A stretch of DNA of 64,000 nt from Macrostomum lignano (GCA_002269645.1 NIVC01002934.1:1-64000); one strand, 5' to 3'. Numbered from the stretch's first letter, positions 1 to 15,359 are shown. The notes: generated from the sequence alone by a model not told the origin. Program-made: numbers and translations.

Positions 1-420
1 ATTAGAATAGGGTGAGATTGGATTTAAAAAGAATGAGATCGGATTATAATAGGGTTAGATTGATTAGACTAGGGTGAGATTTAATTAGAATAGGGTGAGA
101 TTGGATTAGAATAGGGTGAAATTGGATTAGATTAAGGTGAGATTGGATTCGATTAGGGTGAGATCGGATCACACTAGGGTGAGATGGGGTTAGAATAGGG
201 TGAGATTGGATTAGAATAGGATGAGATCGGATTAGAATAGAGTTAGATCGGATCATATTAGGGTGAGATTGGATTAGAACTGGGTGAGATTGGATTCGAA
301 TAGGTGACACTGAACTAGATTACTAATGGAGTGAGATTGGATTAGATTAAGTTGAGATTAGATTAGAATTTCGGATGAAACTATTGTATCGCATTGTTTA
401 GGTTTAGATTGGATAAGCTT
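1..420. repeat. Degenerate ~20-bp tandem repeat (GATTGGATTAGAATAGGGTGA-like), truncated by window start
   Basis: Recurrent GGGTGAGATTGGATTAGA blocks, decaying towards ~420. Confidence 0.8.
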
Positions 421-1155
421 AAAAACGAGATTCAATCGATTAAGGGTGAGACTAGTATAAGGCTTGTTGAGCTACACAGGGCACGCATGCACTGACCGAG
501 TGGACCCTGTAGTTTTCACCCTCAAGGCTTGCCCAGTTTTCAGGTCAACACGGAAGACAGATAGGCTTAGAGAGGGGAGCACAGCTGAGAGAGAGTAGTA
601 GTAAGAAGAAAATCCCACAATTTAGCGTCCCATCCCCCTGACCAGCTGCTCAGTTTATCAGCAGCAGCAGCCGCTTGCAATCAATTTATTTCGCTCCGCG
701 CAGCTTAAAATTCTGAGCAGCACCCCAGCCTCAACCCCTTCCCCATCTCCGCCATCCCCAAAGCACTCGTAAAAAACTTTTACTTGGAAAATAAAGAGCC
801 TTCGCTCCGACTAGGGATCCCCGAAACCCCCCTGTCTCGGGAGTCCCGCAGCCGCCGTGAAAGCAGCTCACAGAGAGTTCATTTGATTGGGAATTTTTTT
901 CTCGTGAACCACGCGAACTTGGCCACGCCGCCAGGGCAGCGCTGAAGTGCCCGCTGGGACCTCCTGCCGCGGCCGTGGCTGCGTCCAAGGGTCACACGGA
1001 CTCGCTTGGCTGACTTCCCAGCCCTCCCTGCCACTGCCAGTGCCGCTGCTCTGGGCGCCGCCCTTCACACTTTCCCTCTCGCTACTCCTCAATCAGCTCG
1101 GATTGCTGAAATCCATTCGGCGTTTGGCGCGAATCCGAATCAATGCCTTGGCGAT

Positions 1156-1303
1156 ATGTTCCAGATATTGTTGCTGCTGCTGCTCCTGCTGCTGCTGCTG
1201 TGATGCTCACGACAGCCAGGTGCCAGCCATGCGTGAACGATTTGAGCGGCCGTGAAGTGCTGCCACTGCCCCGGGGTCAGCGAAGTGCGGAGAGACTTGA
1301 AGG
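1156..1303 (+). other. Candidate first coding exon with signal peptide, broken by a 1-nt deletion
   Basis: ATG 1156 gives [15 protein letters not shown] then TGA. Adding one G at ~1200 continues VMLTTARCQPCVNDLSGREVLPLPRGQRSAERLE. Weak donor and no downstream exon identified. Confidence 0.25.
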
Positions 1304-1370
1304 GTGACAGACAGGGGATGGGAAAGATAATTAGATGTGTTCCTGCGATGGGGAGCGGAGATGGGGACAT

Positions 1371-1997
<627 letters not shown>

Positions 1998-2512
1998 TCA
2001 AAGATCATTCAGCTCAAATTCAGAGACTAAGAAAGCCACTGAGAAGAAAAGGAAATCAATGTGGACCCGGAGCTGAACTGATCGAGTAGAAACTTCCGGT
2101 TGACCTGGAGTTGCTGCAGCCGCGTGCCTGTCTCACAGATCAGCCCTGAGGGTTTAGCTATTAAAATTTTTGTTCCTTGATTTTGAGCAGCTAAAGAGCG
2201 TGTGGAGGTACCTGCTCAAATCTCTTCTCGAAAGGATTTTGTCTTTTTAATATTGGGATCAAATCGGCTTCCCCCACCCCGAGGCAATGGGAAATGCCAT
2301 TTTCAGGGATTTTTTGGGGATTTAGGGATCTTGGGATCAGAACTGAATGCGGTTTTTTTTAATTTGCCGTCATTGTGAAATTGCTATCTGCGGGTCGTGA
2401 GGATTTCATTGTTTTGGGATTATGGCTGCAGACATTCGACAGATTGGGATCGGGCGGTTTGCAAAAGAAATTAACTTGCCTCTTCTGCGATCGCTATGAG
2501 GTGGCAGCCCAG

Positions 2513-3115
2513 CCTCTGACTTAGGAGTCAGGGGAGGGCATAGACAGTCCAAAATCTGACTGAGGAGTCAGGGGAGGGCATAGACAGTCCAAAATCTGAC
2601 TGAGGAGTCAGGGGAGGGCATAGACAGTCCAAAATCTGACTGAGGAGTCAGGGGAGGGGATAGACAGCCCCACAATCTGACTGAGGAGTCAGGGGAGGGA
2701 TAGACAGCCCCACAATCTGACTGAGGAGTCAGGGGAGGGATAGACAGCCCCACAATCTGACTGAGGAGTCAGGGGAGGGATAGACAGCTCATCATCTGAC
2801 TGAGGAGTCAGGGGAGGGATAGACAGCTCACCAGCTGACTGAGGAGTCAGGGGAGGGATAGACAGCTCATCATCTGACTGAGGAGTCAGGGGAGGGGATA
2901 GACAGCTCACCAGCTGACTGAGGAGTCAGGGGAGGGGATAGACAGCCCCACAATCAGACTGAGGAGTCAGGGAGGGCATAGGCAGCTCACAATCTGACTG
3001 AGGAGTCAGGGAGGGGATAGACAGCCCCACAATCAGACTGAGGAGTCAGGGGAGGGCATAGACAGTCCAAAATCTGACTGAAGAGTCAGGGCAGAGGATA
3101 GGCAGCCCACCATCT
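2513..3115. repeat. ~39-40-bp minisatellite (CTGACTGAGGAGTCAGGGGAGGGCATAGACAGTCCAAAAT)
   Basis: About 15 tandem copies; each has the inverted pair CTGACT/AGTCAG. Confidence 0.93.
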
Positions 3116-4135
3116 GACCAACAGTTTATCATTAAAAATGTGGTGCATACGAATAAATCAAGCCAGTGGACAATAAACTCATATATAAAGTTTTTAAGCT
3201 TAACTCTTTCAGAATCTGCTTAAGTTGCAAGCTATGCTTAAAAATCATATTTTCATTTTTTCTCTTGTTGATTCCTCAAACAGCTGCTACAAGCAGGGTT
3301 GGGACTTCCCGTGCCAGGTCAAAAACAATTCTCCATGACTGACGGGAAACCAGCCCTGTGGAGGGGGACTGAAATTAGCCTAGAAGCAGCAATGGGGGGA
3401 GCTTTTTTAATTCACGCATTTTTTGCTTTGACTCACCGAAACTTTCATCCGTCCGGACTTTTCCTGTCTTCTGCTCTTCTAGTAGAGTAGAAAAATCCAT
3501 AATAGACAGGAATTGCAGAGTTGCGGTGCTGCTTATAAAAAGCAAGTATTGATGCAAAAACTGTTACCAGCCTCTGCTACAGTTAGCCAGCCTTTGTTGC
3601 CGAGAGGACTGCCGCCCTCCACCGCCCGCCTTTCCCTTTCACCCTCCATTCTCCCACCACCGCTAGGCTGATGAAGCTCCCAGCCTCAGTCCAGCTGCCC
3701 GGCCACCCAATTAGTAAATTTCTGAGCGCTTAAGGCATTAACGGCGGGCGCTCATTAGCAGGTATTTAGGAAGCTGGGCTGCTCAGCAGGTGGGAATAGT
3801 TGAGCTCAAACCGCGGCTCTCAACTTGACTCCCATAGGGCTTGTTGGTTACTGGGGTGCTTCAATAATTGCTTCTGCTGAGCTCCGCCTTTGTACCGAAA
3901 TTCGTGTTGCCTGCAACAACTAACAGTCTTGTTCCATATTTTTGCTGGAGCTTGGGGCGTTTTTATGTTTTCTGTTTAGCTGAAATAACTTTTAGAATTG
4001 GAATTTGCAGCTTTCTATTGTGTTTTGCCATTTCCTTGATTTCCTTGTGTTGCATGACTTGCTGAATGCTGAGTGGAGTGCATGCTTGGGTGGGACTGTA
4101 GAATACTCCCAGCCTGCTGGGTACACCACGGCTGC

Positions 4136-4428
<293 letters not shown>

Positions 4429-5297
4429 GTCCCGCACAGGGAGCACCGAAGCACGAACTATCCTCATTCGCCGTTCATTTCTTCCGCCATCAAATTAGTA
4501 GCATGCAGCCCCCCCCCCGCAGGCCCCCAGGGCACAGAGGCGGGGACGCAGGCCAGCAAACTGCTACCTGCCGCATTACTCACTGCTCACACTTGCTCTC
4601 TCGGTGTGGCTCGGCGTCTGTGTGTCATTCATTTACAAGCTTAAGCCTCGATCCCACTTCAGCACCTTGCTACCTCAATGCAGGGGATTAGGGTTGACAC
4701 AATTTTTCCGAGCCGGGAAGAAATCCCATTAGAATCGAGACGTTTGTGTCAGATCCATCTGCAGGTATATAGAAAAGTTTTATCGGGGCCTTTAACTAAC
4801 CCCCCTGTTTGTTGGTTGCTAGGACACTCACGGCTGCTTGTGAGCCAGAAAATTTATAGGGACAGCCGCAGAACGGAAGCTATAAAGACAAAAATTAACG
4901 CTAAAAACAAAGACCCCCCCCATAGCTGGCTGGGACAAAGACTGTTGACGCTAAAAACTCCAGGTGACATTTTCTGCATCAGTTGATCTCTTTCTCTCTC
5001 TCTCTCTCTCTCATTTGCGTTTCACCGCCTATAGAATCGCCCCAGGGGCCACGTTGGTTGGTATTGGTGTATATATAGACTGACTGACAAACGCCTCCAT
5101 TCCCCGTAGGCCATTGTGCTGGCAAGGAGAACTCGGAGGCTTCGCCTTAATTGCAGTCCCAACGGATCTCGCGGCTTAATGCTTAATACTAATCAAAATA
5201 ATACCACGTGGATGTTGGGAGACAAGCAAAAGGCATTGGGATTTTACAAAGATCCCCCTTCAGGCGGGGAGTGGAGCTAGATTTCGGTAAATACGTA

Positions 5298-5356
<59 letters not shown>

Positions 5357-5604
5357 GTCACCCAACACCTTCTAATGGAGAGATAAAGGCAGCCGGCAAA
5401 CAGGTCGAGTGGCTTTGGTTTTGATGAAATCGAGTCCTTTTGATGAGTGAGAGGATGAAGTTCTGGAGCCTGTCAGCTTGATGGCGGTCTGGCCTGTGAT
5501 CACATGCCCCGCCTGTATGTGGCCATGAGGTTGAGTCTTGAGCGGTGAAACACGAGAGGTTGGAGGAAACTCAGCGAGGTGGCTAAAAAGTGGACAGAAT
5601 GATG

Positions 5605-6200
5605 AGGGAAGTAGACACAAAGGGGAGAGAAGTAGATAGATGGAAGAGAAGTAGACACAAATAAGAGAGAAGTAGACGGATAGAACTGAAGTAGACACAA
5701 ATGGGAGAGAAGTAGACAGATGGAAGAGAAGTAGACACAAATGGGAGAGAAGAAGACACAGATAGAAGAGAAGTAGACACAAATGGGAGAGAAGTAGACA
5801 CTAATGGGAAAGAAGTAGATAGATAGAAGAGAAGTAGACACAAATGGGAGAGAAGTAGATAGATAGAAGAGAAGTAGACACAAATGGGAGAGAAGTAGAT
5901 AGATAGAAGAGAAGTAGACACAAATGGGAGAGAAGTAGATAGATAGAAGAGAAGTAGACACAAATGGGAGAGAAGTAGACACAAAGGGGAGAGAAGTAGA
6001 CAGACGGAAGGGAAGTAGACACAAAGGGGAGAGAAGTAGACAGACGGAAGGGAAGTAGATACAAAGGGGAGAGAAGTAGACAGACGGAAGGGAAGTAGAT
6101 ACAAATGGGAGAGAAGTAGACGAATAGAAGAGAAGTAGATAGACACATATGGAGAGAAGTAGACACAGATAGAAGAGAAGTAGACACAGGGGAGAGAAGA
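5605..6200. repeat. Purine-rich ~22-bp minisatellite (GGAGAGAAGTAGACACAAAT variants)
   Basis: Recurrent GAGAAGTAGA core. Confidence 0.9.
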
Positions 6201-6681
6201 GAGTGGAGCAGGGAGTTGAAGGAGTAGAACTAAGAGTAAATCGAACACTCAGGAGATGCAGTGAGATGCAGCTGTTCTCACTCAATTCGCACTGCAGCAA
6301 CGCCCTGAGCTCCCATGAAGCCCCCTTCCCCTATGATTCTCTCAATTTCCGAAGCCTCGCCGAAGATCAAGTGCAGATAATTGAAGTCTCCGCGCACACA
6401 CACAGATAAGAGAGCATCTCGCATTGAACACTAAAAGTATGAAGGAGCTTCTCGCACTGCTCCCAGGCCAAGGCTTAGAAGAGCCGGCATCAAACTCTCA
6501 TCAGGGCGCCAAGCCGCTGGCAGAATTGATAGCGCGTCGCCAGATAATCCGCTGCCATCGAATGCGAGATTATCCGAGTCCGGGTCCCGGCGGAATGGCC
6601 GGGATTAGCGCTGGATCTTCTTCTTTGTGGAAAGAAGACTACTGATGCGGGAGAGTCAACCTGCTTTGCTGCCAGGGTGTC

Positions 6682-6730
<49 letters not shown>

Positions 6731-7745
6731 GTGTCTGTCTGTGTGTCTGTCTGTCTATCAGTATCTGTCTAAGTGTCTTTGTGTCTCAGCACTCATCTGT
6801 AAATGAGCTCTCATATTGAGGACACCCAGCTGTTCAACTGTTATCTCTGAATTGCAAGCCACCCACTTATAGAAACCTTGGTTACTCCTGTCAACTCTCT
6901 CTCTCTCCAACCAAGTTCATCCTTGACAGAATAAAAAACAGTCAACCCGAAGCACCAGGTGCGAGCGCTGCTCATAAAGCCCTTCACCTGGCGGGCGCAT
7001 ATTTTATAACCCCAAAAACCGCCAGGTAAAAACCAGTGTGTGACGAGCCACTCCAAGCCATGTCTCTTCCCCATGCAGTCCTGCTCCGACCACCTTTGAG
7101 TCCCCATCTTAATGGCTTATCCTAATGCCCCTTTAAAAAAACATAATCCATATATCCAGCAAACCAACGCCCTTGATCCATCTCAGTCCTTGAAAAAATT
7201 CTGTAAAAAAATTTGCTTGAAGCCCTGGCATTGAGCATGTTGATAGAATTGGATTTATATAAAACTGACAACATATGCAGGTTTTTTTTAGAGGCTTCAC
7301 TTTGATCAAGATCTGCCTGTCTGATTTTAGCCAAGTAAAGTAGCTGTTAACGAAAACTACACATGTTTGGCTTCAGCCTAATAAAGGATTGTCAAACTTC
7401 ATTCTTCACGGATGCTTTTTTGAAACCCATTTCCTACGGTTGTCTTTGATCTTGTCGGCAGATCTTGCAACTATAATAAAAGAATTTGAAATTCGCAATA
7501 GCTTAGTCACATTTTTATATCGTGTCAAATTCCCAATAAGATGCAGCCAGGGGTTAGTTGCCACACGGAACCAGAAATTCGTGTTTATAGGCCACTGCCC
7601 GGGAAGGCACCTCAACTGCGCCGATAAGAATCGGGCATGCCCGCCGGTTTGAAAAATTCCAAGGCAGCGTTCGGGTTGGGTCAGTGGGCTAAAGGTCAAC
7701 TTATGCCTAGATTCCTAAAATATGGATTTCTTTAGTGTTGGGGAA

Positions 7746-8175
7746 GTTTAGGGTTTGTGTGAAGTTTAGGGTTTGTGTGAAGTTTAGGGTTTGTGTGAAG
7801 TTTAGGGTCTGTGTGAAGTTTAGGGTTTGTGTGAAGTTTAGGGTCTGTGTGAAGTTTAGGTTTGTGTGAAGTTTAGGGTCTGTGTGAAGTTTAGGTTTGT
7901 GTGAAGTTTAGGTTTGTGTGAAGTTTAGGGTCTGTGTGAAGTTTAGGGTCTGTGTGAAGTTTAGGGTCTGTGTGAAGTTTAGGGTCTGTGTGAAGTTTAG
8001 GGTTTGTGTGAAGTTTAGGGTCTGTGTGAAGTTTAGGTTTGTGTGAAGTTTAGGGTCTGTGTGAAGTTTAGGTTTGTGTGAAGTTTAGGTTTGTGTGAAG
8101 TTTAGGGTCTGTGTGAAGTTTATGGTTTTTGTGAAGTTTAGGGTTTGTGTGAAGTTCAGGATTTGTGTGAAGTTC
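7746..8175. repeat. 18-bp minisatellite (GTGTGAAGTTTAGGGTCT)
   Basis: About 24 copies; many units contain TTTAGGG. Confidence 0.95.
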
Positions 8176-8929
8176 AGAGTTAGTGAGTTTTGGCAGTGAG
8201 TGCCAAAATATTAAAAGAAACTTTCTGCATCTCGGCTTCCTGATGCCTGCATGGTTCCCCTCGGCCAGGACCCGAGGGTCCAGAGTCGGTTACGTAACTT
8301 CGCGCGCAGGTCACCGCCATCTGCTTAAACTCCCGCATAGTGGCCAGGGTGAAAACTCAGCAGCCGCATACAGAGGCGGGCGACTGCTCGTTCGAGGTCA
8401 AGAAGCATCCGAGAGTCTATAAGATGAGGAGCAGAAGAAGCTGGCCTAACCATCCTCATCTTTTCAATAATTTTGCGTGCGCAGTCGTGCTTTGAGTGGG
8501 GTCGGGCAATCAACCCAGCTCACATAGTCAGTGTTTTTCCGCGCGCTCATTAAAATGCTACAGCTTAGGCCGTGACCCTCGAATTTCCCCATCCGGGATC
8601 TGATCTGAATGGCCGATCCAGTTCCGGGTTGTCCAGTTGCTAAGTCGAGATTTTCCTTCTACATTTTAGTTCCTTACCGACATTCTGGATCAAAATGCGA
8701 AGCATATTTTCGGGGTTATCACTGCGTGCCGTGTCCTCTGGCTGAACGATTAAGAAACAAAACACGCACAGAGAGACTTTGACCCCAAGAGAAAAAATAT
8801 ATAGAAATTGATTACGCAATAGTTGGGTAACTGGGAAAAGATAGCCTGTTTAGCTTTTGCCTGACCAAAACATTGGGACGGCAACTGAAACCGGAAATTT
8901 ATGCTCTATACAGTGTGGCTAAAATTTTT

Positions 8930-9350
8930 TTTCTACAATAAGCGCCAAGTATTTTCTACGATTAGCGCCAAATATTTTCTGCAATTAGCGCCAAGTATTT
9001 TCTACGATTAGCGCCAAATCTTTTCTGCCAATAGCGCCGAATATTTGCTGCAATTAGCGCCAAATCTTTTCTACGAATAGCGCCGCATATTTGCTGCAAT
9101 TAGCGCCAAATCTTTTCTACGAATAGCGCCGAATATTTGCTGCAATTAGCGCTAAATCTTTTCTACAAATAGCGCCGAATATTTGCTGCAATTAGCGCCA
9201 ATTATTTGCTGAAATTAGCGCCAAATTTTTTCTACAATTAGCGGCAACTTAGCACCAAGAATTTTCTGTAATTTGCGCCAAAATAATTTTTTTTAAACTT
9301 GGTGCCAAATATTGTCTGCAATGAGTGCCAAATATTTTCTACAATTAGCT
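8930..9350. repeat. ~23-bp minisatellite (ATTAGCGCCAAATATTTTCTGCA)
   Basis: About 18 degenerate copies, ~0.7-1.1 kb upstream of the protocadherin ATG. Confidence 0.9.
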
Positions 9351-10054
9351 CAAAATTGTTTATTCAAGGGGGCCCTGCTTAATCCCAAGAGCTCCACTTA
9401 ATCTCAGGAAATTATCACGACTCAAGACTAGGCTTACTGTTTCTCTCAGGGTAAAAAAGTGTCTAATTATTTCAAAAAAAGTCAGGCGCTAAAGTTGGGC
9501 CCATCCGACTTTGATTGATTGATTGGCCGTCCCGAACTCTCCAGTCTCCTCGATTCGGCTTCCCCTCTTCCCCGTCTTGATCTTCCGTCTCAAACTTGTT
9601 GCTCGTCGAGTGATTAAAGCTTCTCGTGGAGCTTAGGGGATCCTGCCCGAGGCAGCCTCACAGCAGCGAGTTTGTATTGTGTATAAATACACATAACTAA
9701 CGTTGCGTTCCCTCCAACGATCCATCATCTTTTTTTGGACTCAAACTGCTCAAAGCTGCCAGTGAGTTTGGAGCATCATCAGTCAGTCAGCCTCCTCAAT
9801 GCCTACCCAATTGGGGGCGGCCTACGAACTGGGCCCCCCACCCCACTCCGCCCTGTGAAGCCCACCCAATGGAACTGCAGGCTACAAAAGCAGAAAACAC
9901 GCATAATAGACCAGCTGATTGCTGCTACTAGGGGGAGGCTGTGCTGCCACTCTATCGATGCAGTCAAGACGAGAAAGTCAGTTAGAAATCTTCAAACGCA
10001 CTGTAAAACCATAATAAAAAACATATTTCCCTCAGGCAACACTCGCAACCAAAG

Positions 10055-11164
10055 ATGAAGCGGCTTGGTCTGCTTCTTTTTCAAGTCTTGCTTGCTTTGC
10101 TTCAAGCCAGCCGCCAAGTCGACAGTCTGGAGACACCATGGCATGCCTACAGCATCAGCGAGGAGGTCGCTCCGCCGAAGACGATCGGCAACCTGCTGAC
10201 CGACATCCGGCAGTTCAGCCGATGGAACGATACCTTTCGCAGAAGCCTGAGCTTCAACCTGGTCAAGAGCAACAAGCAGCTGGGCCGCCTGCTGTCGGTG
10301 AATCGCCGGGCCGACCTGGTGCTCAACGGCCGCCTGGATCGCGAGGCTGTCTGCGACGGGCTAGCCGCGTGCACCGACCAGCTGCAGTACTCGGTCATGG
10401 CCGGCTCCGCCTTCGTGACTCTCGTCAACCTCAACCTGACCGTCTTGGACATCAACGACAATCCGCCCGTGTTTGTCCCGGCCGACGGTCACTCGGTCAG
10501 CATCCTGGAGCCCGGCATTGTCGGCGAGGTGTTCCGCCTGCGGGCGGCCAGCGACCGCGACTCCCCGGCCAACGGTGTCCAGCCGGACGGCTACCAGCTC
10601 GTGTCCGGCGACGGCTCTGTTGGTCGAGTCTTCGAGCTGGTGACCGGCGAGGATCCGCCGAGGATCCGGCTGCTGCAGCCGCTCGACCGCGAGCGTCAGA
10701 GCGTCTACGCGCTGCAGCTGCGGGCCGTCGACTCCGGCAGCCCCGCCAACACCGGCACCCTCAGCCTGACCGTCAGCGTCCTCGACGATAACGACAGCCC
10801 GCCGGTGATCCAGAGCGGCTGCTCCGACGTCACCAGAGATGAGGACACCTCAGTCGGCTCCGTGTTGACCAGAATCGACGCCAAGGACGCCGACATCGGC
10901 GAGAACGCCCGGCTTGTGTACAGCCTGACCGTCGGCATCGAGCGGCGCGGTCGCGACTTCAGCGCCGCTGACGAAGCCGCCTATTTGGCCACCTTCGAGT
11001 TGAACTCGGCGGACGGAACGTTGAAACTCGCTCGGCAGCTCGACTACGAGAGCGTCACGGCCTTCCGGCTGACGGTGCTAGTGAAGGACGCCGGACAGAG
11101 GCCGCTGTCGGCTGAGTGCTCGCTGCGCGTCCTGGTGAAGGATGTCAACGATAACAAGCCGGCG
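10055..11164 (+). CDS. Protocadherin (7 cadherin repeats, delta-like), exon 1/4: signal peptide and EC1-EC3
   Basis: MKRLGLLLFQVLLALLQAS signal peptide; cadherin motifs LDRE, DINDNPP, DxDxGxNA, DVNDNKP; phase-0 donor GCG|GTGAGT at 11165. Confidence 0.93.
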
Positions 11165-11193
11165 GTGAGTTGCTGAGGCCTGCCAGATGCAGT

Positions 11194-11520
11194 TTTGGTA
11201 GGGTGTCAGAGTGTCTAGTAGGGTGTCAGAGTCTCTAGTAGGGTGTCAGAGTCTCTAGTAGGGTATCAGTGTCTTTAGTAGGGTGTCAGAGTCTCTAGTA
11301 GGGTGTCAGTGTCTTTAGTAGGGTGTCAGTGTCTTTAGTAGGGTATCAGTGTCTCTAGTAGGGTGTCAGTGTCTTTAGTAGGGTGTCAGTATCTTTAGTA
11401 GGGTGTCAGTGTCTTTAGTAGGGTGTCAGTGTCTTTAGTAGGGTGTCAGGGTCTCTAGTAGGGTGTCAGTGTCTTTAGTAGGGTGTCAGTATCTTTAGTA
11501 GGGTGTCAGTGTCTTTATTA
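11194..11520. repeat. 20-bp minisatellite in protocadherin intron 1 (GTAGGGTGTCAGTGTCTTTA)
   Basis: About 16 copies starting ~30 nt after the donor, then decaying. Confidence 0.93.
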
Positions 11521-11870
11521 AAGTTTCGGAAGGTTGTTAGTGTCGTTAAAACTACCGGTACATCAGTGTTTTTTAAATCGTGTCAGGGTGTCAGGTGTCA
11601 GATCTCTAAAAGGATGCCAGGTTGTCAGAACTCTAGAAGGATGTTAGGGTGTCAAATACACCTTTAGAAGGATGTCAGATCTCTAGATAGAAGGGTGTCA
11701 TGGTGTCAAGATCTCTGGAAGGATGTCAGCGTGTCAGATTTCTAGAGGGGATACAAGGGTTTTTTTGTAGTATGTAGAGTCTACAGACTATTAAGACCTC
11801 TAGAGTGGAGTCTCTAGAGACAACACGTCAAACTGCTGGAGTCATTCGCTCTCCCGACCCGCGCCTCCAG

Positions 11871-13535
11871 GTGACAGTCTATGGCATCAAAGGCTTCGCC
11901 AGCCCAGTGGAGATTACCGAGTCCGATCTGCCCAACCGGCCGTTCGCGCTGATGTCCGTGGAGGACAAGGACGCCGGTGAGGCCGGCCAGGTCACCTGCG
12001 TGGCGCTGCAGCCGGACCTGCAGATGCGCCAGCAGGACGCCAAGTCCTACGTTTTGAGCACCTCGTCCGTGTTTGACCGCGAGAAGCTGGCCTGGAAGCT
12101 GTGGACGGTGCGTTGTCAGGACAACGGCGCGCCGCCCCAGCTCACGGAGCTGCTGGTGAACGCCACCATCCTTGACCAGAACGACAACCCGCCCAAGTTC
12201 AACTGGAGCCAGGACCGCATCAACATCCAGGAGGGCGGCCCGGCCGGTAGCTTCATCTTAAGCATGCCAGCCTCCGACGATGACGAGGGGGAGAATTCGC
12301 GAATCAGCTATTGGCTGGAGCCGCCCGAGATCGAGCGGTTCTTCCGGGTGCTGAGCAACGGCACCATCGTGGCCGCCAGCCTGCTGGACCGCGAGACCCA
12401 GGAGTCCTACAGCTTCAGCATCGTGGCCGCCGACAACGGCACTCCCCGCCGATCGACCAGCCTGTCGATTTTCATCAGCCTTAGCGACATCAACGACTGC
12501 GCGCCGACCTTCGACGATCCGGCAAAGCTGCACTTCACCGTCTCCGAGGGCGCGCAGATCGGCGACCTGGTCGGCAAGGTGAACGCCACTGACAGGGACG
12601 CCGGCCAGAACGGCCAGCTGGTGTACACGCCCGCCACCGAAGGCAACGCGGCTGCCAGGGCCTTCCGGGTTGAGCGCGACGGCCGAATCTACGTGGCCCA
12701 GCGGCTGGACCGGGAGGCGCAGGACCGCTACTTCATCCGTGTGGTGGCCACCGACGGCGGCACGCCGCAGCTCAACGGCAGCGCCACGATCTCCATCACG
12801 GTCGAGGACATCAACGACAACGCGCCGGAGATCCGCTGGCCCAGCCTGATAAACCACACCGCCAGCTTGTCCTACCTCAGCCGGCCGAACTCGATCGTCT
12901 GCAACATCGATGCCATCGACAACGACCTCGACAGGAACGCCCGGCTGGTGTTCAGCCTCCGGCAGCAGGGCGGAGCCGACCGCGGCGCCGAGCTGTTTGG
13001 CGTCAAACCCGACAGCGGCGGCGTGTTCGTCAGGCACCGGATGGCGAAGTCCGACATCGGCCGGTACGAACTGCAGGTGCAGGTGAGCGACTCTGGCGAG
13101 CCGTCCATGACCCGCACGGCTCGCCTGGTGCTGCTGGTGGACGACTCGCCCGATCCGGCCACGGCGTCCGGGCTGTCGGCCAGCGAGATGAACTTCCTGC
13201 TGATTGTGATCATCTGCTCGGTGACGTTCGTGCTGTCCTGCATCCTCATGGCCTCCATCTGGCACACGAGGCGACGCCTGGGCGCCGCGGCCGGCAGCAA
13301 CCGGCTGTACTCGAACGGAGGCGGCCGGCCCGGCGGTCGCGGCAAGTCCGCAGCCGCAGCCGCCATCGCCGGAGACGACGAGGCGTCTGGCGAGCATCAG
13401 GCGAAGTCGCCGATGGCGCCCGGCTCCGGCGCCGCCGACCATCTGCCGTTGGAGGCGCTTGACGGCCGGCTGAAAATGTCGCACGCGTCGCTGTACTCGC
13501 GCAGCGACTGCATCGTGCCGCTTCATCACTGCCAC
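11871..13535 (+). CDS. Protocadherin exon 2/4: EC4-EC7, transmembrane helix, start of cytoplasmic tail
   Basis: Acceptor CTCCAG|GTG, phase 0; DQNDNPP, DINDCAP, DINDNAP; TM FLLIVIICSVTFVLSCILMASIW; phase-0 donor CAC|GTGAGT at 13536. Confidence 0.93.
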
Positions 13536-13547
13536 GTGAGTCTGGAG

Positions 13548-13670
13548 AGGCACTCTGAGAGGCACTCTGAGAGGCACTCTGAGATGCACTCAAATAGTCA
13601 CTCTGGGAGGCACTTTGGGAGGCACTCTGAGAGGCATTCTGGGAGGCACTCTGGTAATCACTCTCGGAAT
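13548..13670. repeat. 12-bp minisatellite (GAGAGGCACTCT) right after the exon 2 donor
   Basis: Produces the spurious HSER tail of track ORF 11805..13676. Confidence 0.85.
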
Positions 13671-14351
13671 CAATAGAGAGTCACAATGAGAAGCACTCCT
13701 AATATGAGATTCACTCTACCCTCTGATCTCACTCTGTTGTCTGTCTCGCAACAGTGCAACCTCAGGACTCTCCAGACACCCGCCTCCCTACATCATCCAC
13801 CAAAATGTTCTGGTGAGACCTATAGAATAAAAAGTTGTGACGCAGATCCGCCTGAGAAGTCATCGTCAGCCCTGGACAGGTGATCGGGGATCAAGGATTA
13901 AGGAATGGGAGACTTGGCGAATTCCATTGGCCGAAATTGCATCGAATCTTCTGCAAGTCGGCTGAGTCACAGATCATTTTTCTGCAGATCTTTAATCCCT
14001 AAGATATGAGATTAGCGGGACACCTGAGGTTGTGCCAGTCGGCCACCGGAGTGACCTCTTGACCCGGCGAGTTTGAAAATAAAAATCGATACGGGCGTCT
14101 TTCATCTCTTTTGAAATGAAATCCCTCTGCTAAAGAAGATTATCTGATGACTTTTACGGCCTGACTATCAGCTTCATCTCATGCTGTCACTCGAGATCCT
14201 TGAGTATTTCGGCGTATTTTTTTACCAGAAAGCCATAAAATTCCTGTGCCATTGAGTAGCGAATGTGCTCAAGCTGTAGCCTAGCAACTAGCAAACAGGA
14301 GACGAGGAAGTCAGCCAATATCTGCACCGATACGGAAACTGGATGTACGAT

Positions 14352-15359
<1,008 letters not shown>

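Noticed and set aside
1100-1235. Minus-strand MAGTWLS-TGA-ASQQQQQEQQQQQYLEHIAKAL, a possible readthrough or selenocysteine codon
   Set aside because: PolyQ is just the reverse of the CTG run; no selenoprotein motif or SECIS seen.
7746-8175. TTTAGGG in the 18-bp array as plant-type telomere sequence
   Set aside because: The motif is embedded once per longer unit rather than tandem; likely coincidental.
12258-13589. 443-aa antisense ORF and similar overlaps on cadherin, GCAT, zinc-finger and gag exons
   Set aside because: Expected shadow of GC3-rich coding sequence.
13536-13676. His-rich HSERHSE tail of the track ORF
   Set aside because: It lies after a strong GTGAGT donor and is the intronic 12-bp repeat.
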